DNA from: Candidatus Marinacidobacterales bacterium
Lineage (GTDB): Bacteria > Acidobacteriota > Vicinamibacteria > Marinacidobacterales > DATDRI01
Direction of reading: 5' to 3'
DNA length: 64,000 nucleotides
NCBI GenBank assembly: GCA_965226495.1
Contig: OZ245365.1
Location: 416,001 to 480,000, forward strand
A program made the translations under genes and the position numbers. The notes below the pieces were generated by a model, which ran no database searches, was not told the DNA's origin, and saw nothing but the letters and a program-made list of their open reading frames with translations. Below, one piece after another: positions 28,200 to 37,233 of the stretch (position 1 is the first letter of the stretch; every line of letters begins with the position of its first letter).

Positions 28200-30289
28200 T
28201 ACTTTGCTTCTTCTTTTTCTGCTTTCAAAGACTCGATGAGTTTCTGGCGTAAGTGTGTCGGTACTTCGTTGTAGCGGGCGAACTCCATGTGGAAGTCCCC
28301 GCGGCCTCCCGTCATGGAAGTCAGGGTCGGTTCATAAGAAAGCATCTCCGCCATCGGCACCTGGGCCTTGATCATGGTCTGCGAGCCTTTCTTGTCCATT
28401 CCCTGTGTACGACCGCGGCGCGAGTTCAGGTCGCCTAGCACGTCCCCGGTGGTGTCGTCGGGCACGGAGATGAACACGTTCATGATCGGCTCCAGCAACG
28501 TTGGGCGACACGTGGGCATGGCCTCTTTGAACGCCAGCGAGCCGGCGATCTTGAAGGCGAGCTCCGAAGAATCGACGGCGTGGTACTTGCCGTCGTAGAC
28601 CGCCGCCTTGAAGTTGACCATCGGGAATCCCGCCAGGTACCCCCTCATCCGCGCTTCTTGGATCCCTTTTTCTACGGCCGGTACGTATTGCTTGGGGATC
28701 GATCCTCCGAAGATCTCGTTCACGAACTCGAATTCCGGGCCGTTGTCTACCGGCTCGAAGCGGACCCAGCAGTCGGCGAACTGCCCGTGCCCGCCGGTCT
28801 GTTTCTTGTGTCGACCGTGAGCCTCGGCGCTGACGGTGATGGTTTCTCGGTACGGTATCTTCGGTGGGTGTACGTCCACTTCTACGCCGAATTTTTTCTT
28901 CAGTCGCTCCACCACGACCTCGATGTGTAGCTGGCCGGTTCCGGAGAGAATCAGCTCGTTGGTGTTGGCGTCGCGGTGGTAACCCAAAATCGGATCTTCC
29001 TCCACCATACGCTGGAGGGCGTGACTGATCTTCTCCTCGTCGCCCCGCGACTTAGGCTCGATGGCGAAGCTGATAACCGGTTCCGGCGCAGAAATCGGAT
29101 CGTACACGATGGGGTGCGCCTTATCGCTGAGGGTATCCCCGGTATGGGTGTCTTTCAGCTTCATGACCGCACCGAGATCCCCAGCCGTGATTTCGGAGAC
29201 CGACTCCGGGTTCTTGCCTTGCAGGTGCGACAAGGCGCCGACCCGCTCCGTCAAATCCCTGCCGGCATTCAAGTATGCGGTGTCCGGTTTGAAGACGCCG
29301 CTCTGCACGCGAAACAAGGTGATGCGTCCTGCGTAAGGGTCGGCAACGGTCTTGAAGATGAAGACCGATGTCGGATCATCCTGGGAGGGTTTGCGGGTAA
29401 TTTCGTCTCCGCTCGAAGGGTCTTTTCCTTTCACCTCTCCGCGGGCCGCGGGGGACGGTACTAGATCCGCCACGTGATCCAACAGCGTTTGAACGCCAAT
29501 GTTGTGGGTCGCAGACACCGCCAGCACCGGGAAGACCCGTCCCGCCATCACGCCGGCCTTCAAGCCGTTCGTGAACTCGTCCTGGGTCAACTCGCCGGCC
29601 TCGAAGAATTTTTCCATGAGCGCGTCGTCACCTTCCGCAATCATCTCGGTCAGCGTGTTGCGGGCCTCATCCGCCCTGTCTTTCATGTCCTGGGGAATTT
29701 CCTGTTCTTCGTACGAGCCGTTCTCGTCTCCGCTCGAGACGAGAGCCTTCATCCGGAGGAGATCGACGACGCCGCGAAAGTCCTTTTCTTCGCCGATTGG
29801 TAGTTGAATCGGAACCGCGGCACGCCCGAAAGACTGTTGTATCGACGCCAAACTTCTTTCAAAGCTCGCACGCTCTCGGTCCAGCCGATTGATTACCAGA
29901 ATCCGGGGCAGGCTGAACTCCTCGGCAAACTGCCAAACCTTTTCGGTTTGGACTTCGACGCCGGCCACTGCGCAGACAGTGACCACGGCCGAATCTGCGA
30001 CGTGCAACGCGGCACGCGCCTCATGGATGAAGTTGCCGTAACCCGGCGTGTCCAAGATGTTGATCTTGGTTTTGTGCCACTCGCAGTGTGCCAGGCCGGT
30101 GGACAGGGTGATCTGGCGTTCTATCTCGTCGGCGTCGAAGTCGGTAACCGTATTACCGTCTTCGACCCTTCCGACACGGTTAACCGCACCGGAATCGAAG
30201 AGTATGGCGGAGGTTAGGGAGGTTTTTCCCGAGCCTCCATGGCCGACGATAGCAATGTTCCTGAGGTTGGCGGTGTCGTAGGTTTTCAT
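28199..30289 (-). CDS. Elongation factor G paralogue (EF-G2-like)
   Basis: Full-length EF-G-like protein; GHGGSGKT, ERQITL, DTPGYGNF, NRLD, KKQTGGHGQF. Confidence 0.95.
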   Translation of the reverse strand: MKTYDTANLRNIAIVGHGGSGKTSLTSAILFDSGAVNRVGRVEDGNTVTDFDADEIERQITLSTGLAHCEWHKTKINILDTPGYGNFIHEARAALHVADSAVVTVCAVAGVEVQTEKVWQFAEEFSLPRILVINRLDRERASFERSLASIQQSFGRAAVPIQLPIGEEKDFRGVVDLLRMKALVSSGDENGSYEEQEIPQDMKDRADEARNTLTEMIAEGDDALMEKFFEAGELTQDEFTNGLKAGVMAGRVFPVLAVSATHNIGVQTLLDHVADLVPSPAARGEVKGKDPSSGDEITRKPSQDDPTSVFIFKTVADPYAGRITLFRVQSGVFKPDTAYLNAGRDLTERVGALSHLQGKNPESVSEITAGDLGAVMKLKDTHTGDTLSDKAHPIVYDPISAPEPVISFAIEPKSRGDEEKISHALQRMVEEDPILGYHRDANTNELILSGTGQLHIEVVVERLKKKFGVEVDVHPPKIPYRETITVSAEAHGRHKKQTGGHGQFADCWVRFEPVDNGPEFEFVNEIFGGSIPKQYVPAVEKGIQEARMRGYLAGFPMVNFKAAVYDGKYHAVDSSELAFKIAGSLAFKEAMPTCRPTLLEPIMNVFISVPDDTTGDVLGDLNSRRGRTQGMDKKGSQTMIKAQVPMAEMLSYEPTLTSMTGGRGDFHMEFARYNEVPTHLRQKLIESLKAEKEEAK

Positions 30290-30371
30290 TGCCCCTCCGT
30301 TTGCAAGATCGGAACCGGCCCGTCACATCGGGCTACGGATCAAACGTTGAACTCCCAGGACAGGCGGCGCG

Positions 30372-30401
30372 ATTATAACACCAGCGAGTTTTTCGGTGCA
30401 A
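30372..30401 (-). promoter_or_regulatory. sigma70-type promoter for the EF-G paralogue
   Basis: TTGCAC-N18-TATAAT with extended TG on the minus strand. Confidence 0.6.
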
Positions 30402-30560
30402 CGCCGTCGCGCATCCGGGACAAGCGAGGCGGGGAGAAGGGGCTAGCCCGAACCGAAATAGACTGTCCGGGCAGAACGCTGCCGCCAAGGAATTTCGAGT
30501 CGGGGCCAGCTGGACCCGGCGCGAGGCCAGATTTGAGTGGGTTATAATCAGCCGGACGTG

Positions 30561-31472
30561 ATGGTGAACGGGCTTTCTGGTTTCAAGGGTAGGAGTAGGC
30601 GATACGCTCTTTCGTTCGGCGAGCGGTCTGTTTTCGCCGCCAGACTCGCATTGCAGGGGCGAGACTGGGCGGTGGTCGAGAAGTCAGAGCGCCCGTTTCC
30701 GCCCGAGATGGTTTCCGTGTCTCCCGTCGAGCCCAATGTCCATTCCGTGTCCGGCTTGGCCCGTATTACCGGCGAGGCCTTGGGCGAAGTCGGATGTCAG
30801 GGGGCCAGGCTGGCCCTCATCTTGTCGGATTTGGCGGTCCGTGCCTTTGCTCTACCCGTTGAAAAGCGCACTAAGCCGCTACAGATGCTGGCGAAAGTTG
30901 CCCCGCGGTTACCGTACGCAAGCCACGAGGCCGTTTTCGACACTTGGCGCGGCGCGTCTAACTGGGCGCTCGTCGCCGCCGTCCGGGGAGCGGTACTTCG
31001 CCAGTACGAAAAAGCGGTCGAGGCGGTCGGCTGCCGAGTCTCCTGGGTCGATGGAGCGAGCCTCATTAGAATTCCGGATTGGTCACGGGAAGTGAGCGCC
31101 GAACGGGAAAACACAGGGGGAGGAGAAAGGACCTCGGCACTCCTACAAGTGCACGTTCAACTCTACCCCGGCCACTACTCGCTCTCTGTTTTTCGAGGGG
31201 AACAGCTAATCGACATCCGCGTGAAGCTAATCGGCGCGGAGGATAGCGGCCGAATCGGCCGAATCAAGGACGAGCTGACCCGACTCCCAGCGATGTCCGG
31301 AGACGCAGAGTATGCACACCTAACGATCCACGGCGTTGGTGCGGCCACCCTTCTCGAGAAGCTCGGTGAACACGAACTGATGAAGGGGCGGGTGAGACTG
31401 GGCGACAATGGGCACGAGGCGCACCTTTCTTCACTCATGGCGACGTTGGTGCGAAGAGTCCACAAAACGTGA
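30561..31472 (+). CDS. PilM/GspL-like cytoplasmic protein (divergent)
   Basis: LALILSDLAVR, RLPY...AVFD and LVAAVRGAVLRQYE resemble actin-like PilM; first gene of an overlapping series; start uncertain (TATAAT at 30543). Confidence 0.55.
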   Translation: MVNGLSGFKGRSRRYALSFGERSVFAARLALQGRDWAVVEKSERPFPPEMVSVSPVEPNVHSVSGLARITGEALGEVGCQGARLALILSDLAVRAFALPVEKRTKPLQMLAKVAPRLPYASHEAVFDTWRGASNWALVAAVRGAVLRQYEKAVEAVGCRVSWVDGASLIRIPDWSREVSAERENTGGGERTSALLQVHVQLYPGHYSLSVFRGEQLIDIRVKLIGAEDSGRIGRIKDELTRLPAMSGDAEYAHLTIHGVGAATLLEKLGEHELMKGRVRLGDNGHEAHLSSLMATLVRRVHKT

Positions 31473-32035
31473 AGAACGGCATCAACTTGAGCTCGAGTCG
31501 CTCGTTCTTCGACGAGATTCCGCCGAAGCTTTGGTGGTTCGTTCTCTTCGCGGTTCTCCTCGTTTCCGGTTTGCACATGGCAATGATGTTGCGGCTCCAA
31601 AGCGTCAAGGAAGACGTTACTCAACGGATGCATGTCGGCCAGGATAGCCTGGAGGGATTGGATCGGCAGCTCGAGATGGTGCACGCCGACCTCAAAACGA
31701 AGGCTGCCTCTGAAACTATCGAGCAGCTTATTGCACTGGAGCGCTCGGGCATATTGATGACCATTGCACCCTCCGAGGTGCTCTACGAGATCGCAAAGGC
31801 CTTGCCGGGAGAGGCACGCCTCACATCGGTTCGCCTCAGCGCCGCCGTTTCCCAAGGGGAGCTAGAGTTGGACGCGGTGACCACCAACCCCCATGCGGTC
31901 GTTACCTTCCTGGGTAGACTCACCGAATCCCCACTTGTCCGGCGAGCGGAAGTGCTCGAAGAGACCCCTGTGTCAAGAGGAGAGTTCTTCTATCGGATCG
32001 TGGCGGAGCTCGTTCCGACCGAGAGGGCGAAATGA
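31469..32035 (+). CDS. PilN-like protein
   Basis: INLSS + TM + coiled coil + ALPGEARLTS...FLGRLTESP pattern. Confidence 0.65.
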   Translation: MKNGINLSSSRSFFDEIPPKLWWFVLFAVLLVSGLHMAMMLRLQSVKEDVTQRMHVGQDSLEGLDRQLEMVHADLKTKAASETIEQLIALERSGILMTIAPSEVLYEIAKALPGEARLTSVRLSAAVSQGELELDAVTTNPHAVVTFLGRLTESPLVRRAEVLEETPVSRGEFFYRIVAELVPTERAK

Positions 32036-32541
32036 AGACCGCTTTACTTCTGGCACTATTAGGCGCGAACGGAGTGGCTTTCGCGCTCATCACCAATCCT
32101 ACGAGGCGGGAGCTCGGCGAGCTCCAACGACAAACTGACGACCTCGAGGAGACCCATACTCGTCGCTCGATAGAAGCGGACCAGTGGAAGGAGCTCCAAG
32201 CTTTGGTTCGCCTCTCCGCGTTGCGGTTGGGGCCCACGCCGACTCAGAGCAAGCTCCAACTCTCGGTTCTCCAGGGTGTTCTTCTCGAAGCCGAGCAAGG
32301 TCTCGCTATCCGTCGGAGCTCCATGGACATACGCCTCGACAGCGAAGTGCCGGTCGGTTTTCACGGATACCGAATCGACATGGAAACGAGCGGGGATTTT
32401 GCCAGCATTTACCAGTACCTGCACCGGGTGTCGCGATTGGCAGTTCCACTGAGGCTGTTGAGAATGCAACTGACCGAGGATTCTGCCTCGGCTCTTCGTC
32501 TCACTGGGACCTGGACGACGCTGTGGCCGGACTCGCAATGA
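32032..32541 (+). CDS. PilO/GspM-like protein
   Basis: N-terminal TM, coiled coil, GDFASIYQYLHRV pattern. Confidence 0.55.
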   Translation: MKTALLLALLGANGVAFALITNPTRRELGELQRQTDDLEETHTRRSIEADQWKELQALVRLSALRLGPTPTQSKLQLSVLQGVLLEAEQGLAIRRSSMDIRLDSEVPVGFHGYRIDMETSGDFASIYQYLHRVSRLAVPLRLLRMQLTEDSASALRLTGTWTTLWPDSQ

Positions 32542-32581
32542 CTCCCAATGAGCATCCTGTGCACTTAGAAGCAAGCCGGCC

Positions 32582-33091
32582 ATGAAGTGGTTGGCAGCAT
32601 CGGCACTGGTCCTTGGCGCGGGCGCCCTGCTTTGGTTGTCACTAAGCCCTTCCCCTGCGGCCATTCAAGAGACTCCTCGGGTCGAGCGCGCAACCTCTTC
32701 TCTTCCCGAAGGGCTCTCACGCGAGAGTCTTGCACGACTCCGGAACTGGCTGCAGGAGGAAAGCGCGGGCCAGCAGCAGCCTCCCGAACGGGACATCTTC
32801 CGGGAGGCCGTAGAGCCCCTGCCGACGTTCCAATCCACTCCCGACGAGCCGGAGGTCACCGCGTTCGTGTCTTCTATTCCGGCGCCTCAACTGGTCGGCT
32901 TCGTATTACGCGACGAGGACCGGGAGACCTCCCGGGTTTTGGCCGCTATCCGATTCGAAGGGAGAGTATGGTTGGTCGGGGAGGGTGAGCTCGTCGGAAG
33001 CTATCGAGTGCAGCAGATCGACTTGGAGGACGAAGAGGTCTTTCTAGTTGAAGAAGCGAGTGGTCAGCTGAGTCGCATTGGGATTGAATAG
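32582..33091 (+). CDS. PilP/GspC-HR-like protein
   Basis: N-terminal anchor, RDIF motif, LVGFV...VGEGELVGSYRVQQI beta domain. Confidence 0.5.
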   Translation: MKWLAASALVLGAGALLWLSLSPSPAAIQETPRVERATSSLPEGLSRESLARLRNWLQEESAGQQQPPERDIFREAVEPLPTFQSTPDEPEVTAFVSSIPAPQLVGFVLRDEDRETSRVLAAIRFEGRVWLVGEGELVGSYRVQQIDLEDEEVFLVEEASGQLSRIGIE

Positions 33092-33094
33092 AGA

Positions 33095-33751
33095 TCAGAA
33101 CTGCAGGTAGCGGGAGGGTATCCCTGCCCTCCTACCCTTTTGGATCACGTCATCCTTGAGTGCCTTCTTCTGTCCCTCTAGCTCTTTGTTCTTGTCTCGA
33201 AGTTGCTGCTGTTCGTTCCTCAAAGCGGGGATGCCGGCCGGATTGCGCGGGGTCATGTCGGCTTGCGGTGCGGTGGGTAATCCCGTGCCGCCGGTCGAGA
33301 CGAGCTCCTCTTGAATGTCCGCAATCCGTTGATTGTTTTTCTGTATCTCCGCATCGATCGTCTGGGCCTGTTTCTGATAACCGGCCTTCATCGCTTCGAA
33401 GGTCTTTAACTTGTCTTCGATCGCGGCGTCGGCAGCGACATCTTCGGGAACTTCATCGTCGGTCGACCTGTCGTCCCCGCTGGTCGAGTCGCCACTGGTC
33501 TTAGAGGAGGGCTCGCGTGCTTCCGCCGCCGCGGTGGGTGGAGTCGAAGTTATTTGGGCGTCGGGGTTGGCAATCGTCCCGCTGTTCTCCACCAGCTCCT
33601 TCTCTGTGATCACGTGGACTTGCCCGCCCTGCTCTTTGTTCTTCTTGCGCCTTTCCTTTTCCTCTTTCGCCAGCTCGCTGAGAGACTGGGCGACCAACAG
33701 GGCTGGGACTGCGAGGACAAGGGATAGACCGATCAGGATTCGCCACCTCAT
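33095..33751 (-). CDS. Secreted coiled-coil hypothetical protein
   Basis: Signal peptide, then QSLSELAKEEKERRK, a disordered linker and coiled coils. Confidence 0.8.
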   Translation of the reverse strand: MRWRILIGLSLVLAVPALLVAQSLSELAKEEKERRKKNKEQGGQVHVITEKELVENSGTIANPDAQITSTPPTAAAEAREPSSKTSGDSTSGDDRSTDDEVPEDVAADAAIEDKLKTFEAMKAGYQKQAQTIDAEIQKNNQRIADIQEELVSTGGTGLPTAPQADMTPRNPAGIPALRNEQQQLRDKNKELEGQKKALKDDVIQKGRRAGIPSRYLQF

Positions 33752-33863
33752 AGTCCTATTGTAGTTCTGGGGGAGGAGGCCTTCAAGTGAGCCTCTTGGA
33801 GGAGCCGAGTACGAACAAGAACTAGACCCTCCCTGACCAGACAGCCATTAACTCACACTAGAA

Positions 33864-33890
33864 TAAGCACTTGCGCTGGTAGAGTGCTGC
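33864..33890. promoter_or_regulatory. CIRCE-like (HrcA) operator
   Basis: TAAGCACTT-N9-GAGTGCTGC vs consensus TTAGCACTC-N9-GAGTGCTAA (7/9 per arm); TAGAAT directly upstream. Confidence 0.5.
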
Positions 33891-34012
33891 CAGCCTAAAC
33901 CAACTCTCCCGTTCGACCTCGACTTGTCGACCTCGCACCCGGGAGACATAAGTCTTGTTGCCGGGGTAGTTCCGTAAACATATGATTGGTAGGCAATTTA
34001 GGAGGTTGTACG

Positions 34013-35320
34013 ATGGGTGTAATTGCAGGCCGGATGGCCGCGCTCGGGACGGAGAACGCCTTCAAGGTGGGCGAGGACATTGCTCGCGCCGAGAAACGAG
34101 GCGTAGACGTGATTCGGTTCACGCTGGGAGAACCAGATTTCGCCAGCCCACCGCACGTCAATCAAGTCGGCATCGACAACATTCTGGCGGGGAACACTCA
34201 TTACGTTGATCCTGCCGGGATCGCGCCGTTCCGCAAGGCGGTTGCCGATCATGTGTCTCGGACTCGAGGTCTATCGATCGACCCGGAACGCGTGGTGGGT
34301 CTGCCGGGAGCCAAGCCTGGGATCGGCTACTCCGTGACGACATACGTCGACCCGGGCGACGAAGTGATTTACCCGAGCCCGGGGTTCCCGATCTATGAGT
34401 CATGGGTGACGTTCGTGGGTGCAAAACCGGTACCGCTGCAACTGCGACAGGAAAACGACTTTGCCTTCGCTCCCGAGGAGATGGAAGCGCTCATTACGCC
34501 GCAGACCAAGCTGATTATTCTGTGCTCTCCGTCGAATCCAACCGGTGGAGTGCTCTCCCGCGAGGTTCTGGACGGCGTCGCAGAAGTCATCAAGAAAAAG
34601 GCACGTCCCGACATTCGAGTCTATTCGGACGAGATTTACGAGCAGATCACGTACGACGGTTTCAAGCACTGCTCGATAGCCTCGGTTCCGGGGATGGAGG
34701 AGCGGACGGTCATCTCCAGTGGTCATTCCAAAAGTTTCGCGATGACGGGCTGGCGAATCGGATTCGTTGTTCTTCCAACCGTGGAGGAGGCGAGGCTCTT
34801 CAAGCAGCTCAACATCAATACCGTCAGTTGTGTGCCGCCGTTCATTCAGGAAGCGGCTCGGGAAGCTTTCGAAAATCCGAAGACCTCCGAGGTGGTTGCC
34901 CACATGGTCGGTGAGTTCAAGAAGAGGCGGGATTACATGGTGCCAGCGCTCAACGATGTGCCGGGTGTCAGCTGCCTCAAGCCGCTGGGTGCCTTTTACC
35001 TCTTTCCGGAAGTAGATGGACTCTGTGGTGACCTGGGCATCCACGAGTTCTATCGCAAAATGCCGGGAACCGTGCAAGCCATGACCAGCCCCTCCACATT
35101 ATTGATGCGGTTCCTCATCTACAATCACGGCGTCGCCGTCGTGGATCGACGAAGCTTCGGAGCCATCGGAAGTGAAGGGCAGCACTTCGTGCGATTCAGT
35201 ATCGCGACCGATCTGGAGACTCTGAGGCGGGGTGTCGATCGCCTCGCCAAGGCGAGCAAGGACCGAGATGGGTTCGTCTCTTTCACCAAGGATCGAGAAG
35301 CAGTTGGGGTTGAGATATGA
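34013..35320 (+). CDS. Class I/II PLP aminotransferase (aspartate aminotransferase-like)
   Basis: LGEPDF, SPSNPTG, SDEIY, SKSFAMTGWRIG; AGGAGG RBS before ATG 34013. Confidence 0.92.
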   Translation: MGVIAGRMAALGTENAFKVGEDIARAEKRGVDVIRFTLGEPDFASPPHVNQVGIDNILAGNTHYVDPAGIAPFRKAVADHVSRTRGLSIDPERVVGLPGAKPGIGYSVTTYVDPGDEVIYPSPGFPIYESWVTFVGAKPVPLQLRQENDFAFAPEEMEALITPQTKLIILCSPSNPTGGVLSREVLDGVAEVIKKKARPDIRVYSDEIYEQITYDGFKHCSIASVPGMEERTVISSGHSKSFAMTGWRIGFVVLPTVEEARLFKQLNINTVSCVPPFIQEAAREAFENPKTSEVVAHMVGEFKKRRDYMVPALNDVPGVSCLKPLGAFYLFPEVDGLCGDLGIHEFYRKMPGTVQAMTSPSTLLMRFLIYNHGVAVVDRRSFGAIGSEGQHFVRFSIATDLETLRRGVDRLAKASKDRDGFVSFTKDREAVGVEI

Positions 35321-36336
35321 AAATCTTCATGACCCGAAACATTCCTGACGCCGGTTTCGAAATCTTGAAAAGCGCCGGCGATGTTCACGTTGCCGAGAAC
35401 GCTGGCAACCACATCGTCCCTAAGGAGAAGGTCATCGAGGGCGTGAAGGCCGCCGACGTACTCGTCTCGCTGCTTACCGAGCCCATCGACCGTCCAGTCC
35501 TCGAGGCAGGCTCGAGTCTGCTTGGGGTGGCCAATTATGCGGTGGGATTCAACAACATCGACTTGGCGGTGGCGACCGAGCTCGGGCTTCCGGTCACGAA
35601 CACACCGGGTATACTCACCGACACGACGGCCGACCTTGCTTGGACTCTCCTGATGGCGGTAGCGCGCAACATTGTTCCTGCCGACAAGTACATGCGAGGC
35701 GGCCGTTTTCGTCTCTGGGGGCCGAGCCTGTTTCTGGGCGCGGATATCAGCCGCGGTGGTGACAACGAGCCCAAGACTCTGGGCATCGTAGGCTTTGGCC
35801 GCATCGGGCAGGCGGTCTACCGCCGTTCGCGTGGGTTCGAGATGCGGGTGCTAGCCTACGACCCGCCGCTCAAGGACCTCATTGCGAAGACGGAGGGCGT
35901 CGAGTACGCCGAGATGGGTCGTCTCCTCGATGAAAGCGACTTTGTAACCATTCACACCGTGCTAGACGACAGCACCCGTCACCTCTTCAATGCCGAATCT
36001 TTCGAGAAGATGAAATCGACCGCCTACCTCGTCAATACCGCACGGGGTCCGATCGTCGATGAAAAGGCTTTGGTGGAGGCGCTTCGTGAGAGAAAGATTG
36101 CGGGGGCGGCATTGGATGTCTTCGAGAACGAGCCGGAGATGGCACCCGGCTTGACCGAGCTCGATAACGTCGTCGTCGTACCTCACATCGCGAGCGCCAG
36201 TCGCGATACTCGAAATCGGATGGCGACGATGTGCGCCGAAAACGCCGTGGCCCATCTCAAAAGGGAGAAGGCTCCCAATTGCGTTAATCCAGACGTCTAC
36301 GAGACGGAGGCCTATCGGCGGCGGATCCGGAAGTAG
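35317..36336 (+). CDS. D-glycerate dehydrogenase / glyoxylate reductase (D-2-hydroxyacid dehydrogenase)
   Basis: AVGFNNID, TNTPG, GFGRIG, NTARG, DVFENEP, PHIASA. Confidence 0.92.
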   Translation: MKIFMTRNIPDAGFEILKSAGDVHVAENAGNHIVPKEKVIEGVKAADVLVSLLTEPIDRPVLEAGSSLLGVANYAVGFNNIDLAVATELGLPVTNTPGILTDTTADLAWTLLMAVARNIVPADKYMRGGRFRLWGPSLFLGADISRGGDNEPKTLGIVGFGRIGQAVYRRSRGFEMRVLAYDPPLKDLIAKTEGVEYAEMGRLLDESDFVTIHTVLDDSTRHLFNAESFEKMKSTAYLVNTARGPIVDEKALVEALRERKIAGAALDVFENEPEMAPGLTELDNVVVVPHIASASRDTRNRMATMCAENAVAHLKREKAPNCVNPDVYETEAYRRRIRK

Positions 36337-36339
36337 TCG

Positions 36340-37107
36340 TCATTCCCACTGGGGATCCCGTTTTTCTCGGTAGGCCGCGGCGGCCTCATTGAAGTCTGTC
36401 GAAGCCATCGCGACCGCCTGCAACTGGATGTACTCTTCGTAGAAGTCCTTGAAGTCCAGATCGAAGGCCCGGTTGGTGGCCAACTTGGCCATCCGGCTTC
36501 CCTTGGAGCAAATTCGTAAGTATTTGCCGACGTACTCCTCGAACTCCTCACGATACTTGTCCTGGTCCACCAAGTGATCGGCTAGCCCGATGCGGGCCGC
36601 CTCCTCGCCGTCGATGTTCTCGCCGGAAAGAATCATCCACCTTGCGCGCCCCATCCCGACGAAGCGGGGTAATCGCCACGTTCCGAGACCGGGAATCAGT
36701 GACTCTCTGATTGCCGGCAACCCGATCTTCGCAGTAGACGTCGAGATGCGGATATCGGCGGCCATGGCTAACTGCAGTCCGCCTCCCAAGCAATAGCCGT
36801 GAATCAAGCAGAGGACGATCGGCTCCATCGTTTCGAATTTGCGGAGCGCCCCCTCCCATTGGTCATGGTAGGTAATGTTTATCTTCCCCGCCGCAATTTC
36901 TTTCAAATCGATTCCGGTGCAAAAGGCTCGTCCCGCGCCGGTGATGGCGACGACCCGAATGGAGGGGTCGACCGATATTTGATCGGCCACGGTATTGAGG
37001 TCGTACGTCGCCTGGTTGTTCATCGCGTTCAAGAGTTGGGGGCGGTTCAGCGTGACGCGCGCCACCTTCCCGTCTTTTTCCCAACCCATCGTTTCGAGTT
37101 CTCCCAT
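36340..37107 (-). CDS. Enoyl-CoA hydratase/isomerase family protein
   Basis: LNRPQLLNA, AFCTGIDL, GYCLGGG. Confidence 0.9.
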   Translation of the reverse strand: MGELETMGWEKDGKVARVTLNRPQLLNAMNNQATYDLNTVADQISVDPSIRVVAITGAGRAFCTGIDLKEIAAGKINITYHDQWEGALRKFETMEPIVLCLIHGYCLGGGLQLAMAADIRISTSTAKIGLPAIRESLIPGLGTWRLPRFVGMGRARWMILSGENIDGEEAARIGLADHLVDQDKYREEFEEYVGKYLRICSKGSRMAKLATNRAFDLDFKDFYEEYIQLQAVAMASTDFNEAAAAYREKRDPQWE

Positions 37108-37233
37108 AGGGCCTCCTTAAGTGCGCCATAACGCAGCCATGAGTTCATGCGGAGTCGCTTGTCGGCCGCCAAAATAGGTTGTTGCCAATCTCTAGCGAGC
37201 CAGGCGGGCACTCAGTTCTCGCTTGCCGGCAAA

